Part shown: positions 11,889 to 25,599 of the stretch, piece after piece
Layout: each line of letters begins with the position of its first letter
Position numbering within the stretch: the first letter of the stretch is position 1
NCBI RefSeq assembly: GCF_006345805.1
Contig: NC_042997.1
Coordinates: 38,316,001 to 38,380,000 of the forward strand
DNA from: Octopus sinensis
Lineage: Eukaryota
Reading direction: 5' to 3'
Length of the DNA: 64,000 nt
Notes under the pieces: generated by a model
What the model saw: only the letters and a program-made list of their open reading frames with translations
Database searches by the model: none
Told to the model about the DNA's origin: nothing
Program-made: the position numbers and the translations under genes

Positions 11889-11945
<57 letters not shown>
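11755..11945. repeat. (AAT)n microsatellite
   Basis: Direct reading. Confidence 0.95.
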
Positions 11946-11946
<1 letters not shown>

Positions 11947-13932
11947 GTGGTATTACTTACCTACTCCCAAAGAATAACGAAACCAAACTTCCAAAAAACT
12001 ATCGACCTGTTTATCCATCACGTATAAAATCCTAACATCTATCCTGGCGGAGAAAACATATGCATTCACGGAGAAGAACGATATTTTATCCATTGAACAA
12101 AAAGGGTGCAAAGATCAACTGCTAATTAATCGTATGATACTTGAGAACTGTCACAACAAGCGCAGAAATCTCAGCTCCGCATGGATTGACTATAAAAAGG
12201 CCTTCGACAGTATACCGCATTCATGGATCTTGAAGTCGCTGGACATCTTCAAAGTTTCCCCTCTGATTTCAAGCTTCCTGAAGCACAATATGTCGTTGTG
12301 GAATACGAATCTCCAATTATACCACTCTAATGGAGTACTTGCCTCAGAGAATATAAACATCAACTGTGGCATTTTTCAAGGTGACTCACTTTCATCTCTA
12401 ATATTCTGCATAGCCCTAATACCCCTTACAAGTGAATTAAACAGAACAGGGTATGGGTATAAAATTGTCAATAAAAAAATAAGCCATCTATTTTATATGG
12501 ATGACTTAAAACTCTATGGTAAAGACGATAATGAACTTGAAGGCCTATTGCGCACTGTGAAAGCATTCAGCGATGACATCGGGATGGAGTTTGGGCTTGA
12601 GAAGTGTGCCAAGGCCACTTTCCAGAAAGGGAAAGTGAAGACCACAAATTCAGTCGTGTTAGATGTTGACACAGTCATAAAAGAGCCTTGAGCAAGAACA
12701 AACATACAAATATTTAGGGATAAATGAAGGCTCTGGTATTCAGCATGCAAGCATGAAAGAGAAGATCAGGAAGGAATGTTATAGGATAGTTCGAGCAGTC
12801 CTGAAATCTGAACTAAATGCAGCAGTTCCAGTTGTTACTTATAGCTACAATGTGTTGAACTGGAATATAAGTAAAGAATATAGATAGGAAAATACGCAAG
12901 CTGCTCAGTTGTAATAGGATGCACCACCCAAAGGCAGACGTAGATCGCCTTTACCTCCCCAGAGCCCAAGGAGGTCGAGGCCTGATCCAATTTGAACTAG
13001 CTTACAAAACAACCACAATTGGACTGGCCAAATATCTTGAAATAACGAATGACTGGATGCTAAAGCTCGTGGAAGATCACGAGAGACGAAAGAAGCTTCA
13101 TTCTATCATAAAGGAAAGCAAACAATTTGCTATTGATCTCGTGCTGGATACCCAAACTGAACAACCCGAGGGAAGTACGGCAACTATTGTTGCAAAGAAG
13201 GTGAAAATAATGGCAACGAAAAAGCGCACGAGCAATTGGCTGATAGGTGGGAGGAGAAACCTCTGCACGGCAAATATGTGGACCGTAGCAAACAAGCTCA
13301 GGGCTAAAAGCAGAGAGCGAAGGTTTCATCCTGGCTGCTCAAGATCAAAGCCTATTAACCCGGAACTACCAGGCCAATGTGATGATAAATGGAGCAGACC
13401 CAAAATGCCGATTCTGCAACGACATGATTGAAACAGTGGACCATCTAATCTCTGGATGTAAAGTCTTAGCACCAGTGGAGTATAAATTAGGACATGACAG
13501 AGTTGGCCAATATTTACACTGGTTAATAAGTTGGCATTACAATATCAAAACTGCCGACAAGTGGTATACTCACAACACTGAAGCTGTAACTGGAGGAGAA
13601 AATGTAACGATTCTGTGGGACTTTTCAGTACATACAGACCGAACCATCAAAGCCAATAAACCGGATATTGTTGTGAAAGACCAAAACAATAAAGTTTGCT
13701 TATTGATCGACATGAGCATCCCATGTGATCATAATATCTCGGCGAAAGAATTTGACAAGCTCAGAAAATATAAAGACCTGCTCATTGAAATTGAGAAAAT
13801 GTGGCATCTCAAGGTGGTTATAATACCAGTGATCGTAGGAGCACTAGGAATGATCAAGAAGGGAACCGATATGAGAATGATCCCTGGCTTACCATCCCTG
13901 CAAGAAGTGCAAAAGATTGTCTTAACTGGTCT
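11946..13932 (+). mobile_element. 5'-truncated non-LTR retrotransposon with RT and restriction-like endonuclease (Dong/R4-type), frameshifted
   Basis: WIDYKKAFDSIPHSW, GIFQGDSLS, YMDDLKLY, zinc finger CRFCNDMIETVDHLISGC, HDRVG, ANKPDIVV, LIDMSIP; begins immediately after (AAT)n. Confidence 0.9.
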
Positions 13933-14270
13933 GGTACCAGATCAATCCCAATGGTAGTCATGGAATGTGAAGGTGATTGTGTGGGCCATGTTTGTAATGC
14001 CGTGTGTGTCGTTTGCAGTGGGAACAGGGAGAGTTTTCTTTGTGAAGGCCTTTTTTTTACTCTATCCACTGATATAGTGACTTTACGACCATTAAGGTCT
14101 ATAGTGAAAAATTTATTCAGGCGTGAAAGAAAACGGAAAGAAACTGCATACGTTGCTGTTAACGGAGGTTTAACAACATGGTTGCGCACAAAAGCGTGAG
14201 TCCAAGAAGTGAAGCTTCCTTCAATGCAGAGCTAGAAATGTAATTGTCAAGTAGGAAAGAGGTTTCAAGC
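13933..14270 (-). mobile_element. Gypsy LTR-retrotransposon integrase C-terminal fragment
   Basis: KPPLTATYAVSFRFLSR...KFFTIDLNGRKVTISVDRVK resembles the GPY/F module (PPY.GPF.V) and the following VSxDRVK. Confidence 0.65.
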
Positions 14271-14978
14271 AAGAGTGGTATATTCAAAATTGGTAAACCT
14301 AAAAAAGTGTCGAGGATAAGTAAATTTTTTTGTTTCTAAATATGTTAGTGTTATTTGATTTCTGAACGATTTTGCTGCTGTATATTTATGTAGCTTAATT
14401 TGTATATTCATCAGTTTCTATTAAGATAGAGACGCGAGCAAAATTAATAATAATAATAAAAATATTGGAATCAGCAACGCCGCCGTAAATTACGCGGAAA
14501 TCATGAGCGTGCTTACAAGGGAGATAATCAGAGAGAGACTTGAAAGTGAAAGTAACATCGTAATATTTCCTGTAAAGTAAATAAAACAAATAATCCAGAA
14601 TCATTGTCCGATACCGGATCGATTCTAAAATCTAACCAGTTCGTGCTAGTCACGAGGACAAACATCCCTGCAAGTCTCATCAGAATCCATCAAGCTGTTC
14701 TTGAGATATCTTTTCTAAGGACAAACAAACACGACTAACAACAATACCTCCAACTTCGCTAAAAATGGTTTCAAATATTGCCACAAGGGCAGCAGTTTCG
14801 AGGAGGTGGTGGGGGGTAAGTCGATTACATTGATCACAGTGTTCAACTGGTACTCATTTTATCGGACCGGAAAGGATGAATGTCAAATTCCTCGGCGGAA
14901 ATTGAACTAAGATCGTAGAGATGGAAGAAATATCGTATTTTGTCTGGCTTGGTTACGATTCCGTCTAATCACCACATT

Positions 14979-15043
<65 letters not shown>

Positions 15044-15054
15044 TAATAATAATA

Positions 15055-16150
15055 GACCTCAGCTTTCCTGATGTTATCGTTGATTGACTTGGTCTTTCCA
15101 CCCAGCCGTCGAAATGTGCGATAAAATGTGTGGTACTCGTGCTTGGACGGGGTTTCTTCGAGATCCGGCGTCATCCTATTCCGAGATCTTAAGTTCCTCA
15201 TCGTTCACAGTGCCAGACGCTGCCGGTGAGGCGAAACGGTTGGTCAGGGTGGTCGGAAAGATATGCAATCAGGTGTGGGGTATCGCTCGGCAGATTCGGA
15301 TCCTGTCTGGTACTATCGGTAATTTCCGCTTCCCTCGTTGAAGTTTGAGGCGAATCGGTGCACGAACGAGGTTGTGATCAGCGTCACAGTAGGGAACTCT
15401 CATGGAGCAGACATCCTGGAGTGATGATCTGAACCGAGCGTTTATAAACAATTAGACCGAGACCGCTGAGGTATTTCCAGAAGGATTTCGCCATGTTAGA
15501 TGATGTTTCAAAGGATGTTGGAAGTGAGGGCTCCCGACAACCAGGCTTTTGGTTACAGCGAATAATAGTATACTCCCAACCTGATCTCTCATTAAGGTCG
15601 CCAGCAAGGATGGTTATTTCCGTTTGTGAAGTCTGATCGTAGAAGTCATCCTTAGTGAGGTTTGAGCAGTCCTTGGTCGGCGCGTAGGCAGAGATGATAT
15701 GCCTTTGATCGTTTCATTGATGGTGAGGTCCACCAGACAATCTGACACTGGTTGAAATGTGATGACGCTGTATGAAGCCCCTTAGTCAAGCATGAAGCTG
15801 ACTCTGGCTTCACATTTGTCACCACCAGGATAGTTGAGCATCAACTTTGTATCGAGTGTAGGCGTGTTGATGACCGTTGTTCTCGATTCATAAATCGCAG
15901 TTCAGATAAAGCCGCAATCGATATGTCAAGCTTTATAAGTTCTTAGACGCTTTCTTTCTGCCCGACATGGTGTCAAATTCGAACATTCCAGGAAGCCACA
16001 CGAATGGATGTCTTGGGCGGGAAGAAATACTTTCTTCCGCCAGTCATCCATTTCTCACCTACGCCCTGGGGTCCCAATGCTAACGAATCGGTTGCTCCAG
16101 ATACGGTAGCATGAACGAATTTACTTCGTACTTTACTATTCACACCTTTT
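15055..16150 (-). mobile_element. Degraded RTE-like LINE, 5' part (AP endonuclease)
   Basis: FINARFRSSLQDVCSM...DADHNLVRAPIRLKL (SDH motif region); abuts an (AAT)n tract at ~14980-15050. Confidence 0.7.
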
Positions 16151-19072
16151 ATTGCCTGGTTTCCCTGGTGTCCTTGTGGCTACCTCGGCAGGGCAACAAA
16201 TCTACACCTTTTACAGCTGGGCTTTGAAGTGCCCTAGGCTGAGTTGAGATTATAGCAGCTAAAGCCCTTTCGATGAGACAGCCACTCGTTAAATATTTCA
16301 TAGCAGTCATTTGCTTATTTTGAGTTTTAGACCATGAGAGTAGGTTATATAACACCACAGACGGAACCTTTAAAAATTACAAGTTCAGTAAATGCTATAA
16401 CAAGCGGAAAAATATCTATAAATCTGTAAGTTTATGCAAAAGTGTTGTTAACAAATATGGAGGTTCTAACAATTTGTATTATGTAATTTTGATATTTGTT
16501 AAGTTATTAGAATGCACTGAGTTAATTGTATATCTTATTACATAGTTTATGTAATACATTGTTTAGAATGTGGCGTATAAAATACCGGACACATTACTTA
16601 GGAATCGCATTAAACTCTTAATGGATATAAGCATGTGTTGAAACTGGCAGTCATGAAAACATTCATAAATATTTTAGAGAGCATATTTTTAAGATTTGAA
16701 AACTGTAGGATACAAATTATTGATCAGGTAGCGGTGAAAGACTACAAGACATAGCAAATCCTCAAAGAGAAGAACCGTTTTTGGACTAATGTTCTCTGTA
16801 GCATTTCTTTAGAAGGTGTGATTCATACGGTTTTCGAGTATGGAAATGTATCAAGTGAAATCTGCGCGGCTGAGGTGTGTTTTTCACATCCTATAATGAT
16901 ATTGGATAGATGCAATAAGAATTTAACAGAGCCTAGATTTTTAATTGATAACTTTTGCTGTCGATTATATTGAACTGTCAGAAAATTAAAGAGTAAGAAG
17001 ATCAAGCCGAATACGTGGTGATGTCTTTTATTAGAATATATATTTAAGTGCTATATATTACGTTATATACAGTAGTAAAAGTCGTTCTGTTACCAGTCAA
17101 CGTTAACATTATGTGTACAAATATAGGCATTGGTTATATACTAGATTCCTGAGGATATTTGGATGTTGAAGGATACCAAACGTATGGAACTGGGTAACAT
17201 ACATAGATATAAACCAGGTATCGTCTTGTAATCGACTAATAATTTTACAGCTATGTTAAGAAGTCAAATATAACCTTGAATAAGAAGGTTTTGAAAACTA
17301 GAGAAAAATATTAACCGGTTTATTACAGGAACAAATAGGAAAGATGAGCAAGATGATGGAAAAGTTGCTTGTGAATCTTTAGACTAATCTCAATTTGATA
17401 ACTTCGGAATGATTAGTTTTAAGTAGCGGTGAAGGTAATATCAATATTTTACTGTTTGTGGGTGGTGTCATATATCAGTGTGTGCTATTGCGTATGCTGA
17501 ATCTGTCCGAGAGTAAAAATTAACTTTGGCTCGTAGATTACAAACGGATTATAGTAGTGAGTTGTGATTTGATGAAGAGGAAAGTGTTTGGTTTTGATAT
17601 CCTCGTTTCAAAAACATGGTTGTTTTGTTTTGAGTTTTATATAATAAATATTTTCACTAGGATTTGCTTGTCAATTTCATGAGTTTTTAGGCGAAAATAT
17701 TGATTTCAAATTATAATATAAAGCCAGGAGTTCCAGGAGAGAGGTCTAGTAGATTACATCGGCCTCAGTGTTCAACTGGTACTTATTTTATCAACACACA
17801 AGGGCTGAAAGGCAAAGTCGACCTTGGCTGAAGTTTTTACGTGACAATTTTGATTTAAATATATTTCCACCCAAAGATTAGATTTAATGGATATAAATCT
17901 CCATCGATTTATTCCCATATCATACAAGATTAAAGTCCTCAAGTTAAAGTCTTATGCTATTCCGTCGGTTTCCCTTTAGACCGCTTTTACTTAGTTTTTA
18001 TGTTTTTATTATTCTTGTGAATATTTCCATTGCGATTTGCGAGCTTCAGACATTTTTTGTTACTTATATGTGTTTTAGATGGCACTACTCTTAAAAAAAA
18101 TATATTTTCTATAACTAAAAACTTGATAGCTATAACTTGATTATATCTTAGGCTGATTATACCCCAGATTATTAATATTTTGCCGTTTTGTGAATTGGCA
18201 ACTTGTATTTTCGTCAATGTTCAATAAGTTTTCTTTAATATGCTGAGTTCGCTAGTACTATAAGTCTTGGGATGACAATGAACATTTAAATTACTATTTT
18301 CTATATTTTATCTTTTAATTCGTGTTCTCCGTCACTGTAGGTATTAAGCGGTTTTTTATTTTTTTATCTGAGATTTATTGTGTATGTTTGTAAGAATAAG
18401 AATGTAATGGCGTCTTTTGTGTAACACTGTAATATTTTCTTCCTCTGTTTTGTCTACACTGCTACACAGCTATCAGATGTTCAGAAACGTGAATTTATCA
18501 AGAGTAATACAAGTTGGTCAGTTTGTTTCTTTTGTCTTTTTATATGCTGATAATATAACCGGTCACAAAATTACATAATGACTCATTTCATTTGTTTCAA
18601 CAATTTCAACAAATGTTTAAATTTAGACATTATATTTTTTCACAGCCCATTTATGCTAATGCTTTTTAAATATTTTTAACTTCAAAAGGCTAGTGACCCT
18701 AGAGATGCAAAACATTCTAACGCTGGTTATTCCTACTCGTTTCTTTCATTATGTTTTAACCTTATTATATGCTGCATACGTTTTTGTGGTTTTCAGTTAG
18801 ATGCTTGTTATATAGGGAGTGTTTTTTTGGCGTGTGAAATTAAATTGTTTGATCTATTCAAAGCGACTAACTAGCAAAGCTGTGAGATCACCGGGTTAAA
18901 TGCTTTCCGGCATTTCGTACGTCAACAGGTTCTGAGTTCAGATTTCACCGATGTTGACATTGTCTTTTATCCTTTCTGGGTCTATAAAATAAATACTATG
19001 TGAGTACAATGATCAATGTAATCGACTGCTCCCTCAACCATATTTCAGGCATTGTGCCTATAAAAGAAAGGA

Positions 19073-19074
<2 letters not shown>

Positions 19075-19122
<48 letters not shown>

Positions 19123-19216
19123 TATTATTGTTATTATTATTATTATTATTATTGTTATTATTATTATTATTATTATGTTATTATTATTATTATTGTTATT
19201 ATTATTATTATTATTA

Positions 19217-19260
<44 letters not shown>

Positions 19261-19516
19261 TATTATTATTACTATTATTTGTATTAAAAGGCAGTGAGCT
19301 GGCAGATTCTTTAGCACGCTTAGTGGCATTCTGTCTGTCTTCTTGATCTGAGTTCAAATTCCGCTGGGATGTACTTTGCCTTTCATCCATTGGGGGGAGG
19401 TTGATAAATTAAGTACCAGTTGCGTACTGGGGTAGATCGAATCGAGTGGCTCCCTTCCCACAAATCTGGGGCCTTGTAGTTGCAGTAGAAAGGGTCATTA
19501 TTATTATTATTATTAT

Positions 19517-19582
<66 letters not shown>
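19075..19582. repeat. (ATT)n and (AGT)n microsatellites flanking a SINE family A copy (~19285-19495, + strand)
   Basis: Direct reading; SINE A/B boxes gagctggcagattctt and gagttcaaattcc. Confidence 0.8.
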
Positions 19583-19583
<1 letters not shown>

Positions 19584-20241
19584 CCCACAGAATCGTTACA
19601 TTTTCTCCTTCAGTTACAGCTTCAGGGTGGTGATTATACCAGTTGTCGGCAGTTTTGATATTGTAATGCCGACTTATTAGCCAGTGTAGATATTGGCCAA
19701 CTCTGTCATGTCTAATTTTTATACTCCACTGGTGCTAGACTTTACATCCAGAGATAGGTGGTCCACTGTTTCAATCATGTCGTTGCAGAATCGGCATTTT
19801 GGGTCTGCTCCATTTTTCATCACATTGGCCTGGTAGTTCCGGGTTAATAGGCTTTGATCTTGAGCAGCCAGGATGAAACCTTCGCTCTTGCTTTTAGCCC
19901 TGAGTTCCGTAGCCACTGATGGGTTTGCTTCTGGTCAACATCAGTTTGTTTGCTGCGGGCCACAAATTTGCCGTGCAGAGGTTTCTCCTCCCACCTATCA
20001 GCCAATTGCTCGTGCGCTTTTTTCGTTGCCATTATTTTCACCTTCTTTGCAACAATAGTTGCCGTACTTCCCTCGGGTTGTTCAGTTTGGGTATCCTGCA
20101 CGAGATCAATAGCAAAATTTTGCTTTCCTTTATGATAGAATGAAGCTTCTTTCGTCTCACGTGATTTTCCACGAGATTTAGCATCCAATCATTCGTTATT
20201 TCGAGATATTTAGCCAGTCCAATTGTGGTTGTTTTGTAAGC

Positions 20242-20245
<4 letters not shown>
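19583..20245 (-). mobile_element. Dong/R4-type LINE fragment, same family as 11946-13932
   Basis: Near-identical to ~13010-13620 (QTEQPEGSTATIVAKKVKIMATKK; GADPKCRFCNDMIETVDHL); bounded by microsatellites on both sides. Confidence 0.9.
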
Positions 20246-20276
<31 letters not shown>

Positions 20277-20277
<1 letters not shown>

Positions 20278-20835
20278 GAGTGAGAGAGCAGTTCATGCCA
20301 TCAAAGTGACACTGGGGTTATAAAATATACGAAGCCCAATATACATACATGACTACCCGTCTGATATGGGTACACCAGGCACATGCATCACAACCATACG
20401 TGCGCGACATGGTGATCTCATATCAGATAAACAGCACATGACCTTGCAGGTGGGGCCCAGTTAGAATTTTCTTCAGGTTGAGTAGCCCATCCCGCTCAAA
20501 CGGTCCCTGAATAAGGGTTGTTTAAGGATGTTGAAAAAACCACCCATGTTTCCAGAGGTGAATTATTCAAACCCCAAAGAATCCCTCTCAAACATGGCTA
20601 TGATGCTCCCCCACTACTTCTGCTCATGATCAGAGATGCACATATCGTCAGCCACTAAGGGACATGCTCAACTGGTTACGGTCAAACAACTGACAAGCAA
20701 ATCTGTGGTATTGAGCAGAATATTTGCTGTAGCCCATCTTTTATACAAGAACAAAACAATGTACATGATAACACTTCCAATCAGTCAATATCAGAAGCCA
20801 TGAGAGCACTGCCTGGTACTGCATCAGGGCATTTA
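20277..20835. mobile_element. ~560-bp non-coding interspersed repeat bounded by (ATT)n, copy 1
   Basis: gagtgagagagcag...tactgcatcagggcattt; closely matches 21062-21660. Confidence 0.75.
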
Positions 20836-20859
20836 TTACTATTTATTATTTATTATTTA

Positions 20860-20903
<44 letters not shown>

Positions 20904-20949
20904 CATTATTATTATTATTATCATTATTATTATTATTATCGTTATTATT

Positions 20950-20986
<37 letters not shown>

Positions 20987-21018
20987 CCATAATCACCATC
21001 ATCATCATCATCATCATC

Positions 21019-21060
<42 letters not shown>

Positions 21061-21061
21061 T

Positions 21062-21660
21062 TTCAGTGAGAGAGCAGTGCATGGCATCAAAGTGACACTG
21101 GAATAAAATGAACGAAGCCCAGTATACCCATCATTACTACACGTCTTATAAGGGTACACTAAGCACATGCATCACAACCATGTGTGCACGTCATGGTGAT
21201 CTCATACCAATATAAGCAGCATATGACCTTGCCGGTGGGGCCCAGTTAGAATTTTCTTCGTGTCATGTCACCCAACCCGCTCAAAAAGTCCCTGAATAAG
21301 GGTTGTTTAAGGAGGTTGAACGAAGCACCCATGTTTCCAGAGATGAATTATTTAAACTCCAAAGAATCCCTCTCAACACATGGCTATGATGCTCTCCCAC
21401 TACTTCTGCTCATGGTCAGAGATGCACATTTCGTCAGCCACTAAGGAAGATGCTCAACTGGTTACGGTCAAACAACTGACAAGCAAATCTGTGGTATGGA
21501 GCAGAATATTTGCTGTAGTCCATCTTTTATACCAAGACAAAACAATATACATAACACTTCCAATCAGTTAAGACCAGAAGCCACGAGTGCCACTGTCTGG
21601 TACTGCATCAGCGCATTTAATATTGCATCAGAGCATTTAGTACTGCATCAGGGCATTTAT
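21062..21660. mobile_element. ~560-bp non-coding interspersed repeat bounded by (ATT)n, copy 2
   Basis: Same sequence as copy 1, with a triplicated terminal (ta)ctgcatcag motif. Confidence 0.75.
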
Positions 21661-21695
21661 TATTGTCATCATTATTGTTGTTATTATTATTATTA

Positions 21696-21741
<46 letters not shown>

Positions 21742-21879
21742 TCCCTCTTTCTTCAAATTTTCTTCCGTTTCTCACCGAGCATTTTCCATACACCTAGGGC
21801 AGAGAAGCTCATTGTATGCATTCCCAGATTACACACGCAATTTTACAGGTAAAATATATATTTTAAAAATATATCAATA

Positions 21880-22795
21880 AATAAATTCATGAATGGATGT
21901 TGTTTTCACAGCGATAATGCTCTTCTCAATACATGAGCCGTTCCAGTTAACACGATTTTTTTGTACTTCCTGAAGGGATGGTAAGCCTGTTATCATTTTC
22001 AAATGGGTTTCAGTACCTTTTTTATCATTCCTAGAGATCCTACAATCACTGGTACTGTAGTCGCCTTGAGATGCCACAATTTTTCAATTTCTATTAGCAA
22101 GACTTTATATTTACTAATCTTGTCAGATTCTTTCGCCGCTATATTTTGATCGCAAGGAATACTCATGTCAATTAATAAACACACCTTCTTGTCTGATCTT
22201 TTATAATAATATCCGGTTTATTAGCTTTTATACTTTTGTCGGTATATACGGGGCAGTGCCATAGAATCGACACATTTTCTCCCTCAGTCACAGCTTCAAG
22301 ATGGTGTTTATACCATTTGTCAGCGGTTTTGATTTTAAAATGCCGACATATTGTCCAGTGTAAATACTGGCCGACTCTGTCATGACTTGCTTTATATTCT
22401 ACAGGTGCTAAGACTCTACACTCTGAGATTAGGTGGTCTATAGTTTCAATCTCATCGTTACAGAATCGGCATCTTGGGTCAGCTCCATTTTTTATCACAT
22501 TGGCTTGGTACTTCCGGGTTTATAAGCTTTGGTCTTGAGCAGCTAATATGACACCTTCACTCTCTGCTTTTAGCCCTGAGCTTTGTAACCATTGGTGCGT
22601 GTGTTTCTGGTCGACATCAGCTTGTTTGCTACGGGCCACATACTTGCCATGCAGAGGTTTCTGTTCCCATCTGCTAGCTAATTATTCCCGCTCTTTTCTC
22701 TTTGCAACTAATTTTATTTTCTTTGCAGCAGCGGTTGGCGCATTTCCTTCAACCTGATCAATCTGGTAGGTATCTAAGAGATCAGTAGCGAATTT
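21880..22795 (-). mobile_element. Dong/R4-type LINE 3' fragment
   Basis: GADPRCRFCNDEIETIDHLISEC, HDRVGQYLHW, ANKPDII, LLIDMSIP; ends at (ATT)n. Confidence 0.85.
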
Positions 22796-22811
22796 TTATT
22801 ATTATTATTAC

Positions 22812-22913
<102 letters not shown>

Positions 22914-22944
22914 CATTATTATTATTATTATTATTAATATTATT

Positions 22945-23755
22945 ATTATCATTCAGTAGTATATTTTTTATATCGTGCTTTCATTTCACTACCGAGCGCA
23001 GCTCTGTGTGCCTTGGGTATGTGCTGTGATTTGTTGTGATGCTCTGATGGTTATTGTATGGAAAGTGCTCTGCGTAGGATGTGTGCTGTGCCTAGTAGTG
23101 CAATTTTCTGTATGTTATATGTGTTTGTAAGTCCTGGTGTTTTTGTTATGTATTTGTCTGAATATTTTTTTATCATGCCTAATGCACCTATTATGATAGG
23201 AATTGTTTCTGTTTTTAGATTCCACATTCTGGTTACCTCTATTTCCAGGTCTTTGTATTTTGAAAGTTTCTCCATTTCTTTTAGAGACACGTTGTCATCC
23301 GCTGGTATTGATACATCAATTAGAAAACATTTTTTCCTTCATGATCTCTGACAACTATATCTGGTCTGTTGGCCTTAATTTCTCTATCTATGTGTATTAT
23401 TATTATTATTATTTATTTTTTTTTCAGTTATCATCTTATTGGTATTGATACAGCGATTAGAAAGCCCTTTTTTCGCTGATGATCTTTAGCAACTATATCG
23501 AACATATTAGCCTTGATTTCTTTGTCTGTGTGTATTAGCACATCCAAGAGAATGGCTGCATTTTCATCTACTGTGACCTTTTCTGGGGTGTGCCTAAACC
23601 ATTTTTTTCTTTTGATATTCCATAGTGTTGGTATAACTTCCAGTGTATATAGGTCCCAACTCTGTCGTGTCTGTGAATATATTCCTTCTTAGCAAAGACT
23701 GAACATCCATAGAAAATATGATTTATTGTTTCTTCTCCATCACCACATTACTATT
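22945..23755 (-). mobile_element. Second Dong/R4-type family, 3' end with internal rearrangement
   Basis: MEKLSKYKDLEIEVTRMWNLKTETIPIIIGALG; 3' UTR matches 25170-25272. Confidence 0.85.
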
Positions 23756-23799
23756 ATTGTTGTTGCTGTTGTTGTTGTTATAATTATTATCATTTTCAT

Positions 23800-24275
23800 A
23801 TATACTCCACAGATTAGACTGTTGGAAAAGAAAAGAATCCTAACATCCGTCTACAACCTGTAGCCTTAGCTGGCAAGAACACTCCTAAGTCCCCTAGCTG
23901 TCCCCAATAACCCTGTTTTCTGTAGCTGTTCTAAACTGCGTTTTATTCCTATTTCCTCTATCCGGATCTTTAGGGATAATCCACAATGTACCTATAACTA
24001 CTGGGATACATTTTACCAGCACTTTCTATAGTCTCTGTAATTCAGTATCATGGTCCTGGTACTTTGCTAGTTTTTCTAATCCTCTCATATTTATTTTTAC
24101 ATTATTTGGGACCGTAAAGTCAGTTATCCGGTACTTTCTATTCTCTTTATCTGCAACTGCCAAATCCGGCTTTCTAGCTCATATTACTCTGTGAGTCTTA
24201 ATGTAAAAGTCTCACAACATCTTGTATTTCTTACTTTCTTGTACAAATACAGAATTTAGTAAAGTACTGGAAAGT
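23800..24275 (-). mobile_element. Degraded RLE-type LINE 3' fragment
   Basis: Remnants resembling xxRKPDLAV, VPVILGTL and LRTATxLG on the minus strand; similar to 25600-25900. Confidence 0.5.
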
Positions 24276-24285
24276 GTACGATATG

Positions 24286-24345
<60 letters not shown>

Positions 24346-24359
24346 GTAATAATAATAAA

Positions 24360-24620
24360 TAAATTGTCTTAACTGGTACATCACACATATTGAGAAAAGC
24401 ATTGTCGATGTGAGAACTGTTGCTGCTCATGTATTTTAATTTAACTTTAAAAAAAAAAAAAAAAAAAAAATGAACGAACTATTGAGTTTGGCTTAATGGC
24501 CTACCAATGTATACTATGAGTTTCTTTGCCCTAGGAGTCGGGAAGACACTCGGCAAGAAATGGAAGCAAATTTGAAAGAAGAAAAAAAAAGTAATAATAA
24601 TAATAATAATAAGTAACAAG
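24360..24620 (+). mobile_element. Very short 3' end of the first Dong/R4 family (stop codon + 3' UTR) between (AAT)n tracts
   Basis: VLTGTSHILRKALSM* followed by a UTR and an AAT tail. Confidence 0.65.
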
Positions 24621-25272
24621 TAACTGCGGAATATGTGGAGATGGACAAGAAACATAAATCATATTATCTCTGGCTGCCCAGTCCTGGCTAAGAAGGAATA
24701 TATTCACAGACATGACAGAGTTGGAACCTACATACACTGGAAGCTATGCCAACATTATGGAATAACAGCAGAAAAAAGATGGTATAGGCACACACCAGAA
24801 AAGGTCACAGAAAACGAGAAAGCAACCATACTCTGGGATATGCCGATACACACAGATAGAGAAATTAAGGCCAACAGACCAGATATAGTTGTCAGAGATC
24901 ATGAAGAAAAAAAATGCTTTGTAATTGATGTATCAATACCAGCAGTTGACAACGTGTCTCTAAAAGAAATGGAGAAACCCTCAAAATACAAAGACCTGGA
25001 AATAGAGGTAACTAGAATGTGGAATCTGAAAACAGAAACAATTCCTATCATAGTAGGTGCATTAGGCAAATACATAACAAAAACACCAGGACTTACAAAC
25101 ACATATAACATACAGAAAATTGCACTACTAGGCACAGCATACATCCTACGCAGAACACTTTCCATACAATAACCATCAGAGCATCACAACAAATCACAGC
25201 ACATACCCAAGGCACACAGAGCTGCGCTCGGTAGTGAAGTGAAAGCACGCTATAAAAATAAAACTACTGAAT
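24621..25272 (+). mobile_element. 5'-truncated copy of the second Dong/R4 family
   Basis: HIISGCPVLAKKEYIHRHDRVG...ANRPDIVV...IDVSIP...KYKDL; 3' UTR runs into (AAT)n at 25270-25560. Confidence 0.9.
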
Positions 25273-25282
25273 AATAATAATG

Positions 25283-25337
<55 letters not shown>

Positions 25338-25339
25338 TG

Positions 25340-25394
<55 letters not shown>

Positions 25395-25396
25395 TG

Positions 25397-25462
<66 letters not shown>

Positions 25463-25472
25463 CATAATGATG

Positions 25473-25557
<85 letters not shown>

Positions 25558-25599
25558 TATCATTATCTTCATCGTCATCTTCATCATCATATACACACA

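Noticed and set aside
16140-16200. HDV-like ribozyme at the 5' end of the RTE fragment
   Set aside because: The best fold is antisense to the LINE and lacks G1, P1.1 and the catalytic J4/2
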